Source of the DNA: Thermodesulfovibrionia bacterium
Lineage (GTDB): Bacteria > Nitrospirota > Thermodesulfovibrionia > Thermodesulfovibrionales > SM23-35
Assembly (NCBI GenBank): GCA_041478735.1
Contig: JBGOWS010000002.1
Coordinates: 1 to 36,333 of the forward strand
DNA length: 36,333 nt
Direction of reading: 5' to 3'
Positions 25,305 through 33,970 of this stretch are shown here, one piece after another (positions within the stretch are counted from its first letter, which is position 1; each line of letters begins with the position of its first letter). The notes under the pieces are model-generated. The model searched no databases. It was not told the DNA's origin and worked only from the letters and a program-made list of their open reading frames with translations. The position numbers and the translations under genes are program-made.

Positions 25305-26618
25305 TCATTGCAATCTCTTGTCATTTTTCCACTCAATAGGAAATTTTTGCCTATATTCATTCAGCTTGTTCCTTATGGTTCTCACACTAACACCAAGTAC
25401 CTTTGCGGCCTTTGTCTTATTTCCATTCATATCCCTTAATGTCTGTAGTATCAAATCTTTTTCCATATCCCTTATTTTTCCCCTGAAGCCTGTGCCTTCA
25501 ATTGTATCCTCGAGCATAAGGTCGTCACTAGCTATGATCTCGCCCTTGCAAAGAAATACCGCTCTTTGAATCACATTTTCAAGCTCCCTGACATTGCCGT
25601 CCCACTGCCTATTCTTAAGGAGGTCCGCAGCATTTTCTGAAAACCCACTGATTTTCTTCCCAGCAAGGGTTGAGAATTTCTCTACAAAATGTGCTGCAAG
25701 CAGAGGTATATCATCAGGTCTTTCCCTGAGAGGCGGTGCGGTTACAGGGAATACATTTAGCCTGTAATAAAGGTCATCTCTGAAGCGGCCTTCAAGACAT
25801 TCTTTTTTAAGATCTCTGTTGGTAGTGGCTATTACCCTCACATCTACCTGAATAGGTTCCTTTCCACCAATCCTGTCTATCTCCCTTTCCTGCAAGACCC
25901 TGAGAAGTTTTGCCTGAAGCATCATTGACATTTCACCTAGCTCATCAAGGAGAATAGTTCCACCACTTGCAAGCTCGAATTTTCCTTTTTTTCTCTCTAT
26001 TGCACCTGTGAAAGCCCCTTTTTCGTGGCCGAACAGTTCAGATTCGAGGAGGTTATCAGGTATGGCAGCACAATTAACCGCAATAAATGGTTTATCTTTT
26101 CTTCTACTGAACTTATGTATATATCTTGCAAGAAGCTCCTTCCCGGTTCCGCTTTCTCCATAAATCAGTACGGTTATATCACTTGTTGCAAGGTTTCCAG
26201 CAAGGGTAACTATCTTCTTCATTCCCGGGTCTGCGGTCAGAATCTCCTTTTGATTATTAATCCTCATCATAATTGACTCGATCGTCTTCTTAAGGGTATC
26301 GAAAGAAAAAGGCTTCAGGAGATAATCGGTTGCGCCCTCTTTCATTGTTTCCACAGCGTTTTCGATAGTTCCAAAGCCTGTAATGATGAGGACAGGAAGA
26401 TTGCCGATACGGCTCCTGATTTCCCTGAGTAGCATGAGACCATCCATCCGTGGCATTTTCATATCTGTTACTACTAATGAGTAGCTGGATTGGCGAAGTT
26501 TTTCAAGGGCATCCGCGCCGCTGTCACACAGAGCTGTGTTATAGCCAAGTCTCTGTATCGCCTCCTTAAGGGCTAATCTGATTTGTGGATCATCATCAAC
26601 GATGAGTACCGGTTTCAC
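25305..26618 (-). CDS. Sigma-54-dependent response regulator (NtrC family; FlrC/FleR-like by context)
   Basis: ORF track, 437 aa. The REC domain has an intact acceptor (VDDD, LVVTDMKMP, LLKPF). The AAA+ domain has GESGTGKE, GAFTGA and LLDELGEM. The C-terminal Fis-type HTH is KTKAAKVLGVSVRTIRNKL. Its start overlaps the kinase stop by 4 nt. Confidence 0.93.
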   Translation of the reverse strand: MKPVLIVDDDPQIRLALKEAIQRLGYNTALCDSGADALEKLRQSSYSLVVTDMKMPRMDGLMLLREIRSRIGNLPVLIITGFGTIENAVETMKEGATDYLLKPFSFDTLKKTIESIMMRINNQKEILTADPGMKKIVTLAGNLATSDITVLIYGESGTGKELLARYIHKFSRRKDKPFIAVNCAAIPDNLLESELFGHEKGAFTGAIERKKGKFELASGGTILLDELGEMSMMLQAKLLRVLQEREIDRIGGKEPIQVDVRVIATTNRDLKKECLEGRFRDDLYYRLNVFPVTAPPLRERPDDIPLLAAHFVEKFSTLAGKKISGFSENAADLLKNRQWDGNVRELENVIQRAVFLCKGEIIASDDLMLEDTIEGTGFRGKIRDMEKDLILQTLRDMNGNKTKAAKVLGVSVRTIRNKLNEYRQKFPIEWKNDKRLQ

Positions 26619-27766
26619 TTATCTTCCTTTTGTGGAAAGTAAAGACTGAATGTGCTCCCTTCCCCTTCTTTACTCCGTATCTTTATATAACCACCGTGGG
26701 CCTGCATGATCATCGATGCAATAGCTAAGCCCAGGCCAGAACCCGTATCCTTTGTGCTGAAGAAAGGGTCAAATATCTTCTCTATATACTCATGCTTTAT
26801 GCCCTTGCCGTTATCGTTCAAATCCACTACAACATTTTTTTCATTCCTTCTCATAATCACGTCTAAGTCTCCACCATCAGCCATGGACTGAATTGCATTG
26901 ATGATAATATTCATAAAGACCTGTTTTAAGAGTTCCGCATCACCCGAAATTTCACAATCTAAAAGCGACTTCTGTACCCTTACCTTCCTCGATTCCATAA
27001 AAAGCACGAACATAAGGACAGAATCATCTATCACTTTATTCAGCATTATGTTCTTCATTAAGGGTTTATGAGGTCTTGCAAAGAAGAGCATATTTTTTAG
27101 AATGTTATTGAGATTACTTATGCCTGTTGAAATCCCCCTGGCAAGTTCCTTGTGGACAGGGTTTTCAATTTCCTTTTCGAGCATACTGGAGAATAATTCT
27201 ATGCTGCAAAGCGGGTTTCTTATTTCATGAACTATCTTTGCTGCCATTTCACCCATAGATATTAACCTCTGGTTTCTTTCCTGCTGGATTTCCAGTTCTC
27301 TCAACCTTGTTATATCCTTTATAAGTATCACGCTTCCCTTTAAGCATCCTTCGGAGTCAAGCACACGTGAACGGGAAAAGATAATATTGTATTTATTACC
27401 TTTCACAGTTAAAAAAGTTTCGGAGCCATTTCTTGTTATCGAGAAATTCAGGTCCTTGAATTCTTTCCCAATGACTTTCGCGGGATGCAGGTTGAAAAGT
27501 TTTTCTGCTGATTTGTTGTGCATTGTTACCTTATCATCAGGGTCAATAACAATGATTGCCTCCTCAAGGTTGTAAAGTATTGCATTCAGATATTCCTTAT
27601 TCCTTTCCGCATCGGCGAGGGCCTCATTAAGCTGCTTGTTCTTTTTCTCAAGTTCAGTGGTCAGATTTCTAACCCTTTCACGAAGCAATTCATAATAAGT
27701 CTCGAGACTTTTAGAAGCTATAGTGAAATTCTGAAATGCCTCATTTAGGCGTTCTACATCTATCAT
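26615..27766 (-). CDS. Cytoplasmic PAS-domain sensor histidine kinase (FlrB/FleS-like by context)
   Basis: ORF track, 383 aa, with no TM segment. It has a coiled coil, a PAS-like region (LEEAIIVIDPDDKVTMHNKSAEKLF), the H-box HEIRNPL, and HATPase G-boxes DNGKGI and GSGLGL. Its start overlaps the TPR gene stop as ATGA. Confidence 0.92.
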   Translation of the reverse strand: MIDVERLNEAFQNFTIASKSLETYYELLRERVRNLTTELEKKNKQLNEALADAERNKEYLNAILYNLEEAIIVIDPDDKVTMHNKSAEKLFNLHPAKVIGKEFKDLNFSITRNGSETFLTVKGNKYNIIFSRSRVLDSEGCLKGSVILIKDITRLRELEIQQERNQRLISMGEMAAKIVHEIRNPLCSIELFSSMLEKEIENPVHKELARGISTGISNLNNILKNMLFFARPHKPLMKNIMLNKVIDDSVLMFVLFMESRKVRVQKSLLDCEISGDAELLKQVFMNIIINAIQSMADGGDLDVIMRRNEKNVVVDLNDNGKGIKHEYIEKIFDPFFSTKDTGSGLGLAIASMIMQAHGGYIKIRSKEGEGSTFSLYFPQKEDK

Positions 27767-29559
27767 AAGCCCCTTTTAATCCTTTCTAAAATGTTCGATT
27801 CTTTTAGACCTGCCTCTGCAAGCCGGCTCAATGTAGTATTCCCTTTTTGAATATTCAGCATCTCAGTGGAATCTTTTCCAGCGGAAAGTCTTGAGACCAT
27901 GTAATAGGCCCACTCTCTATCATCTGCCTTGAGATCTTTTTTGTCCTCAGGTTTCATGGCAATAACGATCCTGTAATATTTAAGGGCATCTGATTCCCTT
28001 CCCATCTCATAGAAGGCATCAGCCAGCTTTGTATACGCCTCTGACGGGCCGCCCATTTTATTCAGGGCCCTTTCACAAAACGCTACCGCCTTCTTGATAT
28101 TTTTTGCGGATGCGATATCTAAAAGAAAGACAATATCCTCCTGTTTTATATCTTTAATAGAAATGATCGCCTCTGTGGCCTTTTGATATTCCTTATTCTC
28201 GTTATATATCCTGGACTTGATGCGGAGGATATCATCATTGGCGCCCTTTATTCCCCCCAGATATTGTGATGCTCTTTCTGCATCTCCCATTTCTGCATAA
28301 AAATCTGCAAGTATCAGACGGGTCTGAACTTTTACGTCATTTGAGCCATATCTTAAAAGCCAGGCGCCTAGATTAAGAAAGGGCCTTCCTGAAAACTTTA
28401 AACCTTTCGCTATTTCCAGGAGTGATTGTGAACGTGATATTTCCAGTAGACAGTGGCCTGCAGACCTCCAGAGTTTCAAAAACTCATCTGCATCTCTATT
28501 TTTTGCCTCGAGGATAATATTTTCGAACTCGTCAAGGGCAATTTTATCAGGCGACCCTCTGAGGATCAGTTCCTTCACTAAGGAGATAGCCTCATTGAAT
28601 TTACCTTCCTTTTTATAAAGGCGGAATAACATCAATAGCGCAGTATCATACTCTTTACCATAGGGATATTTATTCCTTATCTCTAAAAGCCTGGATTTTG
28701 CATTATCTAACTTACCTGTCTTTATATAAGCATCTGCGAGGTGGAGAAGCGCCTGCCGTCTCAATTGCCTATCAGGTGACTGTGATGAAGAAGCAAAGTA
28801 TTTGATGGCAGAATCAAATCTTTCCTCCTCCATTGCAATGAGGCCGAGACCTATACCTGCCTTTTGTTTAAGATAAAAGTCTTTTATGGTATTAAAATAA
28901 ACCTTTGCATCGCCGGGTTTGCCCATTTGTCTCAGGTTTTCAGCAATGTTATATAACGTCTCCTCCGAGGAATTTAAGTATTCCTTTTCTCTGCCACTCA
29001 TAGACATATAAAGTTCATATGCATCTTTTATTCTTCCCATGGACTGGTATGCATTGGCCTTTCCATATATTGCCCGGGCTGAGCTGCCAGCCTTTTCATA
29101 ACACTCAATGGCTTCATTGAAAGAACAGCTCTTATAAAGGGAATCTGCAAGCTCCAGCTGTGCCTTTTCAGCATAACGGGAATCAGGGAAGTTTTTAAGA
29201 AATATTCTTAAACTTAAGATCGCCTCATGGTAATGTCTCATCTTCAGGTAAGCCTCTGCCCTCTCAAGCATGGCGAGTTCTTTCAGCTCGCCAGGACGGG
29301 AGTAAAGATATGCCAGTCTGAAATGCGCTAAGGAATCATATTGTCTTCCTGCGAGTTCGTAAGCCTTTGCATGAACATAATGATAAAGAGCTAGCTCCTC
29401 GGCAGCCGGTTGGTAACCTGCTATTGCCCTCAGGGCCTCTACAGGCCTATTTGATTTTATAAATTCCCTTGCTTTTTCAATTGGAGATTTAAAAACGTTA
29501 ACAGAGGGGTCTACATGAACGGGGATGAGCAATAAGATTGCAAATATCAAAATCCTCAT
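27763..29559 (-). CDS. Secreted or periplasmic TPR-repeat protein
   Basis: This is track ORF 27763..29565 (GTG start). I prefer ATG 29559. The N-terminus MRILIFAILLLIPVHV is signal-peptide-like and has no lipobox Cys. Many TPR-like units are present, for example FPDSRYAEKAQLELADSLYKSCSFNEAIECYEKA. Confidence 0.85.
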   Translation of the reverse strand: MRILIFAILLLIPVHVDPSVNVFKSPIEKAREFIKSNRPVEALRAIAGYQPAAEELALYHYVHAKAYELAGRQYDSLAHFRLAYLYSRPGELKELAMLERAEAYLKMRHYHEAILSLRIFLKNFPDSRYAEKAQLELADSLYKSCSFNEAIECYEKAGSSARAIYGKANAYQSMGRIKDAYELYMSMSGREKEYLNSSEETLYNIAENLRQMGKPGDAKVYFNTIKDFYLKQKAGIGLGLIAMEEERFDSAIKYFASSSQSPDRQLRRQALLHLADAYIKTGKLDNAKSRLLEIRNKYPYGKEYDTALLMLFRLYKKEGKFNEAISLVKELILRGSPDKIALDEFENIILEAKNRDADEFLKLWRSAGHCLLEISRSQSLLEIAKGLKFSGRPFLNLGAWLLRYGSNDVKVQTRLILADFYAEMGDAERASQYLGGIKGANDDILRIKSRIYNENKEYQKATEAIISIKDIKQEDIVFLLDIASAKNIKKAVAFCERALNKMGGPSEAYTKLADAFYEMGRESDALKYYRIVIAMKPEDKKDLKADDREWAYYMVSRLSAGKDSTEMLNIQKGNTTLSRLAEAGLKESNILERIKRGL

Positions 29560-29571
29560 GCCCACATCTCC

Positions 29572-29586
29572 GCAACAACTATGCCA
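29572..29586 (-). promoter_or_regulatory. Sigma-54 promoter TGGCAT-N5-TTGC upstream of the TPR-kinase-regulator operon
   Basis: The minus strand reads cTTGGCATagttgTTGCggagatgtgggcATG. The canonical -24 GG and -12 GC are present with correct spacing. It lies in the 85-bp gap between two operons, next to sigma-54 activator genes. Confidence 0.55.
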
Positions 29587-29626
29587 AGTATAACTTATTG
29601 GAATTAAATGATTTTAAACGGAAGTT

Positions 29627-29650
29627 CTCATGTCAGAAAAGTGACATGAG
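29627..29650 (-). terminator. Perfect 9-bp hairpin abutting the stop codon of the upstream regulator (possible terminator; weak U-tract)
   Basis: ctcatgtca-gaaaag-tgacatgag, read directly. The downstream minus-strand sequence is aacuuccguuuaaaauc, only moderately U-rich. Confidence 0.4.
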
Positions 29651-31090
29651 CTATGATTTAGGCGTGTTCGTAATTATTTTTTGCAGTTCTATATTTTTTT
29701 TCTTCATCTTTTCAATGAGGGTTGTCCTGTTCAGACCTAAAAGCTTTGCAGCCCTGTTCTTAACCCCTCCTGTCTTCTCAAGGGCCTTAAGGATCAAATT
29801 CTTTTCCATATTTTTTACGACTTCACTAAGGTCAATCCCGAATTCGGGGATATCAACATCTTTGCCGGTATAATCAGACACCCCTAAAATCTCTGGCCTG
29901 TCAACCCTCTCAGGGGTTCTGGCAGGGTAAAACTTTTCAGGCAGGTCCGAGATCTTTATGGTATTGCCGCTTACAAGAATTGTCAGCCTTTCTATCAAAT
30001 TTTCCAACTCTCTCACATTGCCAGGCCACTGGTATTTCAAAAGACAGTCCATCGCCTCCGGGGAAAACTTAAGTGCTTCCCTTTTTCTCTTCTTAGAGAA
30101 TTCGCGAACAAAGTGGTCAACCAAGAGGGGAATATCAGCCACCCTTTCTCTCAAGGGAGGGATGTGAAGAGGTATCACATTCAGCCTGTAAAACAAATCC
30201 TCTCTGAACTTGCCCTCTTTTGTTGCCTTTTCGATGTCTTTATTCGTTGCTGCAACTATCCTCACATCTACCTTTATCGTCTTGACCCCCCCAACCCTCT
30301 CAAACTCCCTCTCCTGTAAGACCCTTAATAACTTAACCTGCGGGGATGGATCTAATTCGCCTATTTCATCAAGGAAGAGGGTACCGTTATGGGCAAGCTC
30401 AAAACGACCTAGCCTTGTATTAAGTGCGCCGGTAAATGAACCTTTTTCATGACCAAAAAGTTCAGATTCCAGAAGGTCCCTTGGAATTGCAGCACAATTC
30501 AGGGGTACAAATGTGTTCTGAGAACGAGAGCTGTTAAAGTGAATGGTCTTTGCGATAAGCTCCTTTCCTGTTCCACTTTCACCTGTAATAAGAATTGTGC
30601 TGTCCGTATCTGCTACCTTTTCTATCATTTCATACACCTTCTGCATTTCAAGTGAATCACCTATTATTCCCTCGAAGTTGTATTTTCTTTTAAGTTGCTT
30701 CTTCAACTGCAGATTCTCTCTTTGAAGTTTAGAGACACTTATAGCCCTGTTTACGATTATTAATAACTCATCAAGCACAAAAGGCTTTGAAATATAGTCA
30801 AAGGCTCCTATCTTCATAGCCTCTACAGCAGTCTGGACGGTTCCAAAAGCGGTGATAACAATAGCAGGTGCGGATATGTTCATGGCGGATGCTTCCTTTA
30901 TTACATCCAATCCGCCCATTTCGGGCATAATAAGGTCAACCAGGAATACATCAAACTTTTCCTCTTTTAGTAGCTTGAGGCCAACCCTACTATCCGAGGC
31001 TGTTGTGACTTTGAAACCTTTTTCCTCGAAAAAATCCCCTAATGCGCCCCTAATAGCCTCGTCATCGTCAATAATCAAGACATGATGCAT
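29651..31090 (-). CDS. Sigma-54-dependent response regulator, orphan (possible flagellar master regulator by position)
   Basis: ORF track, 479 aa. The REC domain has an intact acceptor (IIDDD, VFLVDLIMP, YISKPF). The AAA+ domain has GESGTGKE, a GSFTGA variant of GAFTGA, and FLDEIGEL. The Fis-type HTH is NRAAKLLGLNRTTLIEKM. It ends in TAG. Confidence 0.92.
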   Translation of the reverse strand: MHHVLIIDDDEAIRGALGDFFEEKGFKVTTASDSRVGLKLLKEEKFDVFLVDLIMPEMGGLDVIKEASAMNISAPAIVITAFGTVQTAVEAMKIGAFDYISKPFVLDELLIIVNRAISVSKLQRENLQLKKQLKRKYNFEGIIGDSLEMQKVYEMIEKVADTDSTILITGESGTGKELIAKTIHFNSSRSQNTFVPLNCAAIPRDLLESELFGHEKGSFTGALNTRLGRFELAHNGTLFLDEIGELDPSPQVKLLRVLQEREFERVGGVKTIKVDVRIVAATNKDIEKATKEGKFREDLFYRLNVIPLHIPPLRERVADIPLLVDHFVREFSKKRKREALKFSPEAMDCLLKYQWPGNVRELENLIERLTILVSGNTIKISDLPEKFYPARTPERVDRPEILGVSDYTGKDVDIPEFGIDLSEVVKNMEKNLILKALEKTGGVKNRAAKLLGLNRTTLIEKMKKKNIELQKIITNTPKS

Positions 31091-31098
31091 ACGAGAAA

Positions 31099-31127
31099 AT
31101 AATAAACCAATTTGATCTATATGTCAA
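31099..31127 (-). promoter_or_regulatory. Near-consensus sigma-70 promoter TTGACA-N17-TATTAT, 8 nt upstream of the regulator ATG
   Basis: The minus strand reads TTGACAtatagatcaaattggttTATTATtttctcgtATG. No Shine-Dalgarno sequence lies between the -10 element and the ATG. Confidence 0.55.
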
Positions 31128-31407
31128 TAGTTTGACTCTCTACCAAGTTTGAAGATTTTCCGCAAAAAGGCATTTTACTGGAGAGCTTCAATTAATTACA
31201 GACTAACCCATCTTCTACAGTTGAGGGCTAAAAACGCCTTATAAGAAAAAAGCAAACCCAGTATTTAAGCCATTCTACGCGAACTGAGATTTAAAATAGC
31301 CCTAAAATGTAGTGCCACGTCAACCAGTTGACTCATAAGAAAATGTTACCGAAGGATCGCTGACTCAACGTGAATTTTTATAACACAGGATGAATATCTT
31401 TTTCAGC

Positions 31408-31620
31408 TTATCTTCTATAGCTTTTCTCAAATGAAATGGATTTCAGTTTTCTAAATAGTTCTGTAAGAGACCGTTTTGTAGAAAGAGAGATATCCGGTGA
31501 ATCCATGACCCTTTGATAAGGCGTCCTGGGATTATCATAGCGCTTAATTGTTTTTGAGGCAATCCTTTGTTTTTCGATGAGCTTTACGCTACTGACATAA
31601 CTACCTCCCAAGCCTTCCAA
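31408..31620 (-). pseudogene. C-terminal remnant of a DDE integrase/transposase
   Basis: Track ORF, 70 aa, TTG start, with a stop codon only 8 codons upstream. The segment SVKLIEKQRIASKTIKRYDNPRTPYQRVMDSPDISLSTKRSL resembles the conserved C-terminal tail (KxYDxPxTPYQRxxxSP) that I recall from rve-type transposases. No catalytic domain is present. Confidence 0.45.
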
Positions 31621-31693
31621 TGCTTTCTTTACCTTGGCATATTAAAACTTTTTTTCTAAAACATCACTTTTTAACATGCCAGCTCTATAAAAT

Positions 31694-32095
31694 ATGCATC
31701 CTTTAGCAAATCTCGGCGAAGCCCCCGGTTTAATAGACGAGCCCTTAACAAACGATGATCTGAGGTTTCTTGCTACCTTCCGATATATCTACGGGAAAGA
31801 AACCTATTTAAGCCTGCTGCTGGCCGGAATAAAAAAGAGCAGGAGATACAAGCTGATTGAAACAGCAGGCATGGACAAGATAGAGAGGTATGTATTTTCC
31901 AGACTCAAAGAACTCCCTCCCGGCAAGAGGATAAGAACCAGCCAACTCCTTGATGAGATTTTTCATTACCTCATAAGGCGGGGAGGGAAGAAAGAAGTTG
32001 CACGAAAAGTACCATTGGAAAACAAGTTGAAGGCATTAATAGCGAGGGTCAGAAGCAGAGTCTCTGAAACAGCACGACTGAAGATGTGCGGATAA
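31694..32095 (+). CDS. Hypothetical protein (only candidate cargo gene of the integrase module)
   Basis: ORF track, 133 aa, basic, with no motif I recognise. Confidence 0.5.
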   Translation: MHPLANLGEAPGLIDEPLTNDDLRFLATFRYIYGKETYLSLLLAGIKKSRRYKLIETAGMDKIERYVFSRLKELPPGKRIRTSQLLDEIFHYLIRRGGKKEVARKVPLENKLKALIARVRSRVSETARLKMCG

Positions 32096-32310
32096 ATGGG
32101 GAAAAGCGGGCGAACAATAACAAACTGTTATTAAACCGGTTATTTTTAAAAACAAATTAAAGGCCCCAAAAGTGGCCATAAAAAGAGCCAATAAATTGCT
32201 ACAAAGAAAGTCCAAAAGGAGGTGATGAAGACAGACATGAGTAAGAACCTGATGTCATCAGATGGTTCAAAGATGTAAAAGGCAGTCAGAAATTATAAGT
32301 GTTACAAACC

Positions 32311-32610
32311 ATGGAAAAGTTATTGAACATAGACGAGTTGTCAGAGATCCTCGGAGTGACTATAGCTACGATCTATTCCTGGACTTCTCGGAACAAAATA
32401 CCGCACATCAAGCTCAGCAAAAGGCTCTTGAAATTCATGGAGAAGGAGATCATGGACTGGATTGCGGAGAAATCAGTCAATGCTGATATATCACCTGTTA
32501 GCAAAAAGAACAAGAATGGCAAATGTACCAGACCATCTTCTAACTTACATGATGACTGTATCGAGAGGATCATAAGGAATGCGAAAGAAAAAATCCTTAG
32601 TCAAAGTTAA
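32311..32610 (+). CDS. Excisionase/AlpA-type helix-turn-helix DNA-binding protein
   Basis: This is track ORF 32299..32610 (GTG start) trimmed to ATG 32311. The motif MEKLLNIDELSEILGVTIATIYSWTSRNKIPHIKLSKRLLKF is typical of the HTH_17/Xis family. It lies immediately upstream of the integrase. Confidence 0.75.
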   Translation: MEKLLNIDELSEILGVTIATIYSWTSRNKIPHIKLSKRLLKFMEKEIMDWIAEKSVNADISPVSKKNKNGKCTRPSSNLHDDCIERIIRNAKEKILSQS

Positions 32611-32703
32611 CAAACTGCTTTGCCCATGCTACAATAGATCAGGTATTTTCAAGCCTTGTTTAGTCCCTCAGTCAACAGACCAGAAGGGAGGATAGTTAAA
32701 AAC

Positions 32704-33708
32704 ATGGGACTATACAGGCGAAAAGATTCACCTATTTGGTGGATCTCTTTTACCGTTGACGGTAAGCGTTATCGAAAGAGTGCTGAAACGGACGATAAGG
32801 AACTTGCCAGACGGATTTTAAAAAGCATTGAGGGAAAGATTGCAGAGGACAAATGGTTTCCCGAAACCAGGGCAAAACAGACGGAATACACTTTTACCGA
32901 GCTTGCAGAAAGGTATTCAAACTGGGCAGAGGGACGGCAAAAAGCGTATGGCTGCTGGAAAAGTTATCTCATCAAACAATTGGCAGGGAGATTTGGCAAC
33001 ATAATTCTAAATAAGTTCAATATACACATGCTTGAACAATTCCAGTCAGAGCGTCTCAAGAAGGGCAACAAGCATGCAACGGTTAACCGTTTGATTGCTG
33101 TGATCTCTCATATGTTCACAAAAGCCGTTGACTGGAACATGATGGACAAAGGGATGGTGACATCCATAAGGGTCAAAATGCTGCCGGAAAACAACAGACG
33201 ATTACGCTATCTTGCACAAAAAGAATGTCAGGAGCTTACCAATGCCTGTGATCTGCATCTCAGGCCGAGAGTGATAACCGCCCTGAATACCGGCTGCCGC
33301 AAAAGCGAAATCCTCAATCTCAGGTGTGACACACATATTGATCTGAACCACGGCTTCATTCTTCTGGATAAAACAAAGAATGGAGATCGCCGGGAAATCC
33401 CTATCAATGCAACCTTGAAGGCTGTCTTGCAAGGTTTAACCAGAAGGCTTGATATCCCTTTTGTCTTTTATAACAAAGCAACCGGAAAGCCTTACAAGGA
33501 TGTGAAAAAGAGCTTTGCTACAGCATGCAGAAAGGCAGGAATCAAGGATTTCCACTTTCACGACCTCCGGCATTCCTTTGCTTCACACCTTGTTATGGCA
33601 GGGGTGGACCTCACAACCGTCAAAGAGCTTTTGGGACACAAGGACATCAAGATGACGCTCAGGTATGCACACCTTGCACCCAGTCATAAGGTCAAGGCTG
33701 TTCCTTGA
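32704..33708 (+). CDS. Tyrosine recombinase / phage-type integrase
   Basis: This is track ORF 32656..33708 (TTG start) trimmed to ATG 32704 (MGLYRRKDSPIWWISFTVDGKRYRKS). The catalytic signature is present: R in TGCRKSEIL, then HDLRHSFASHLVMAGVDLTTVKELLGHKDIKMTLRYAHL. It is adjacent to the 3' end of a tRNA gene. Confidence 0.93.
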   Translation: MGLYRRKDSPIWWISFTVDGKRYRKSAETDDKELARRILKSIEGKIAEDKWFPETRAKQTEYTFTELAERYSNWAEGRQKAYGCWKSYLIKQLAGRFGNIILNKFNIHMLEQFQSERLKKGNKHATVNRLIAVISHMFTKAVDWNMMDKGMVTSIRVKMLPENNRRLRYLAQKECQELTNACDLHLRPRVITALNTGCRKSEILNLRCDTHIDLNHGFILLDKTKNGDRREIPINATLKAVLQGLTRRLDIPFVFYNKATGKPYKDVKKSFATACRKAGIKDFHFHDLRHSFASHLVMAGVDLTTVKELLGHKDIKMTLRYAHLAPSHKVKAVP

Positions 33709-33728
33709 CAGGACTTTAAAAGGTAATT

Positions 33729-33766
33729 GTCACGATTTTGTCACGCTGGCAAAAAAAGAGGTCACG
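33729..33766. promoter_or_regulatory. Three phased GTCACG direct repeats between the integrase stop and the tRNA 3' end (candidate arm-type recombinase binding sites)
   Basis: ttGTCACG at 33729, ttGTCACG at 33740 and agGTCACG at 33761. Start-to-start spacings are 11 and 21 bp. Confidence 0.35.
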
Positions 33767-33793
33767 CCCGTATGCGTAAACCCTTGATTTTAT

Positions 33794-33869
<76 letters not shown>

Positions 33870-33970
33870 AAGTGTAAAACTTTTATTTCAATAATCAAGC
33901 TGAGGAGGCTGTCTATGCGACCGCTCTCCCAAAGCCCCAGAGATTTCAAAATAGCATCAGATTAAAGTTG

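Noticed and set aside
31312-31335. Palindrome gtcaac-ca-gttgac in the 317-bp gap upstream of the first regulator
   Set aside because: It is a single 6-bp half-site palindrome about 200 bp from the promoter. It could be an operator, but nothing else supports that, and such palindromes occur by chance.
31355-31385. Possible distal att site (ccgaaggatcgctgactcaacgtgaat versus the tRNA segment gggatcgaaccgacgacctcttgaat)
   Set aside because: Only ggatcg and a few scattered bases match. This is too weak to call without a proper alignment.
32225-32278. 17-codon mini-ORF (MKTDMSKNLMSSDGSKM) after a perfect AAGGAGG, and the overlapping ORFs 32262..32486 (+) and 32373..32573 (-)
   Set aside because: The Shine-Dalgarno sequence is only 2 nt from the ATG, which is too close. 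There is no conservation evidence. The two longer ORFs overlap the well-supported Xis-type frame.
33870-33900. Sigma-70-like TTGATT-N16-TACACT immediately upstream of the tRNA
   Set aside because: The -10 element abuts tRNA position 1, so the transcription start would fall inside the mature tRNA. This is probably not the real promoter.
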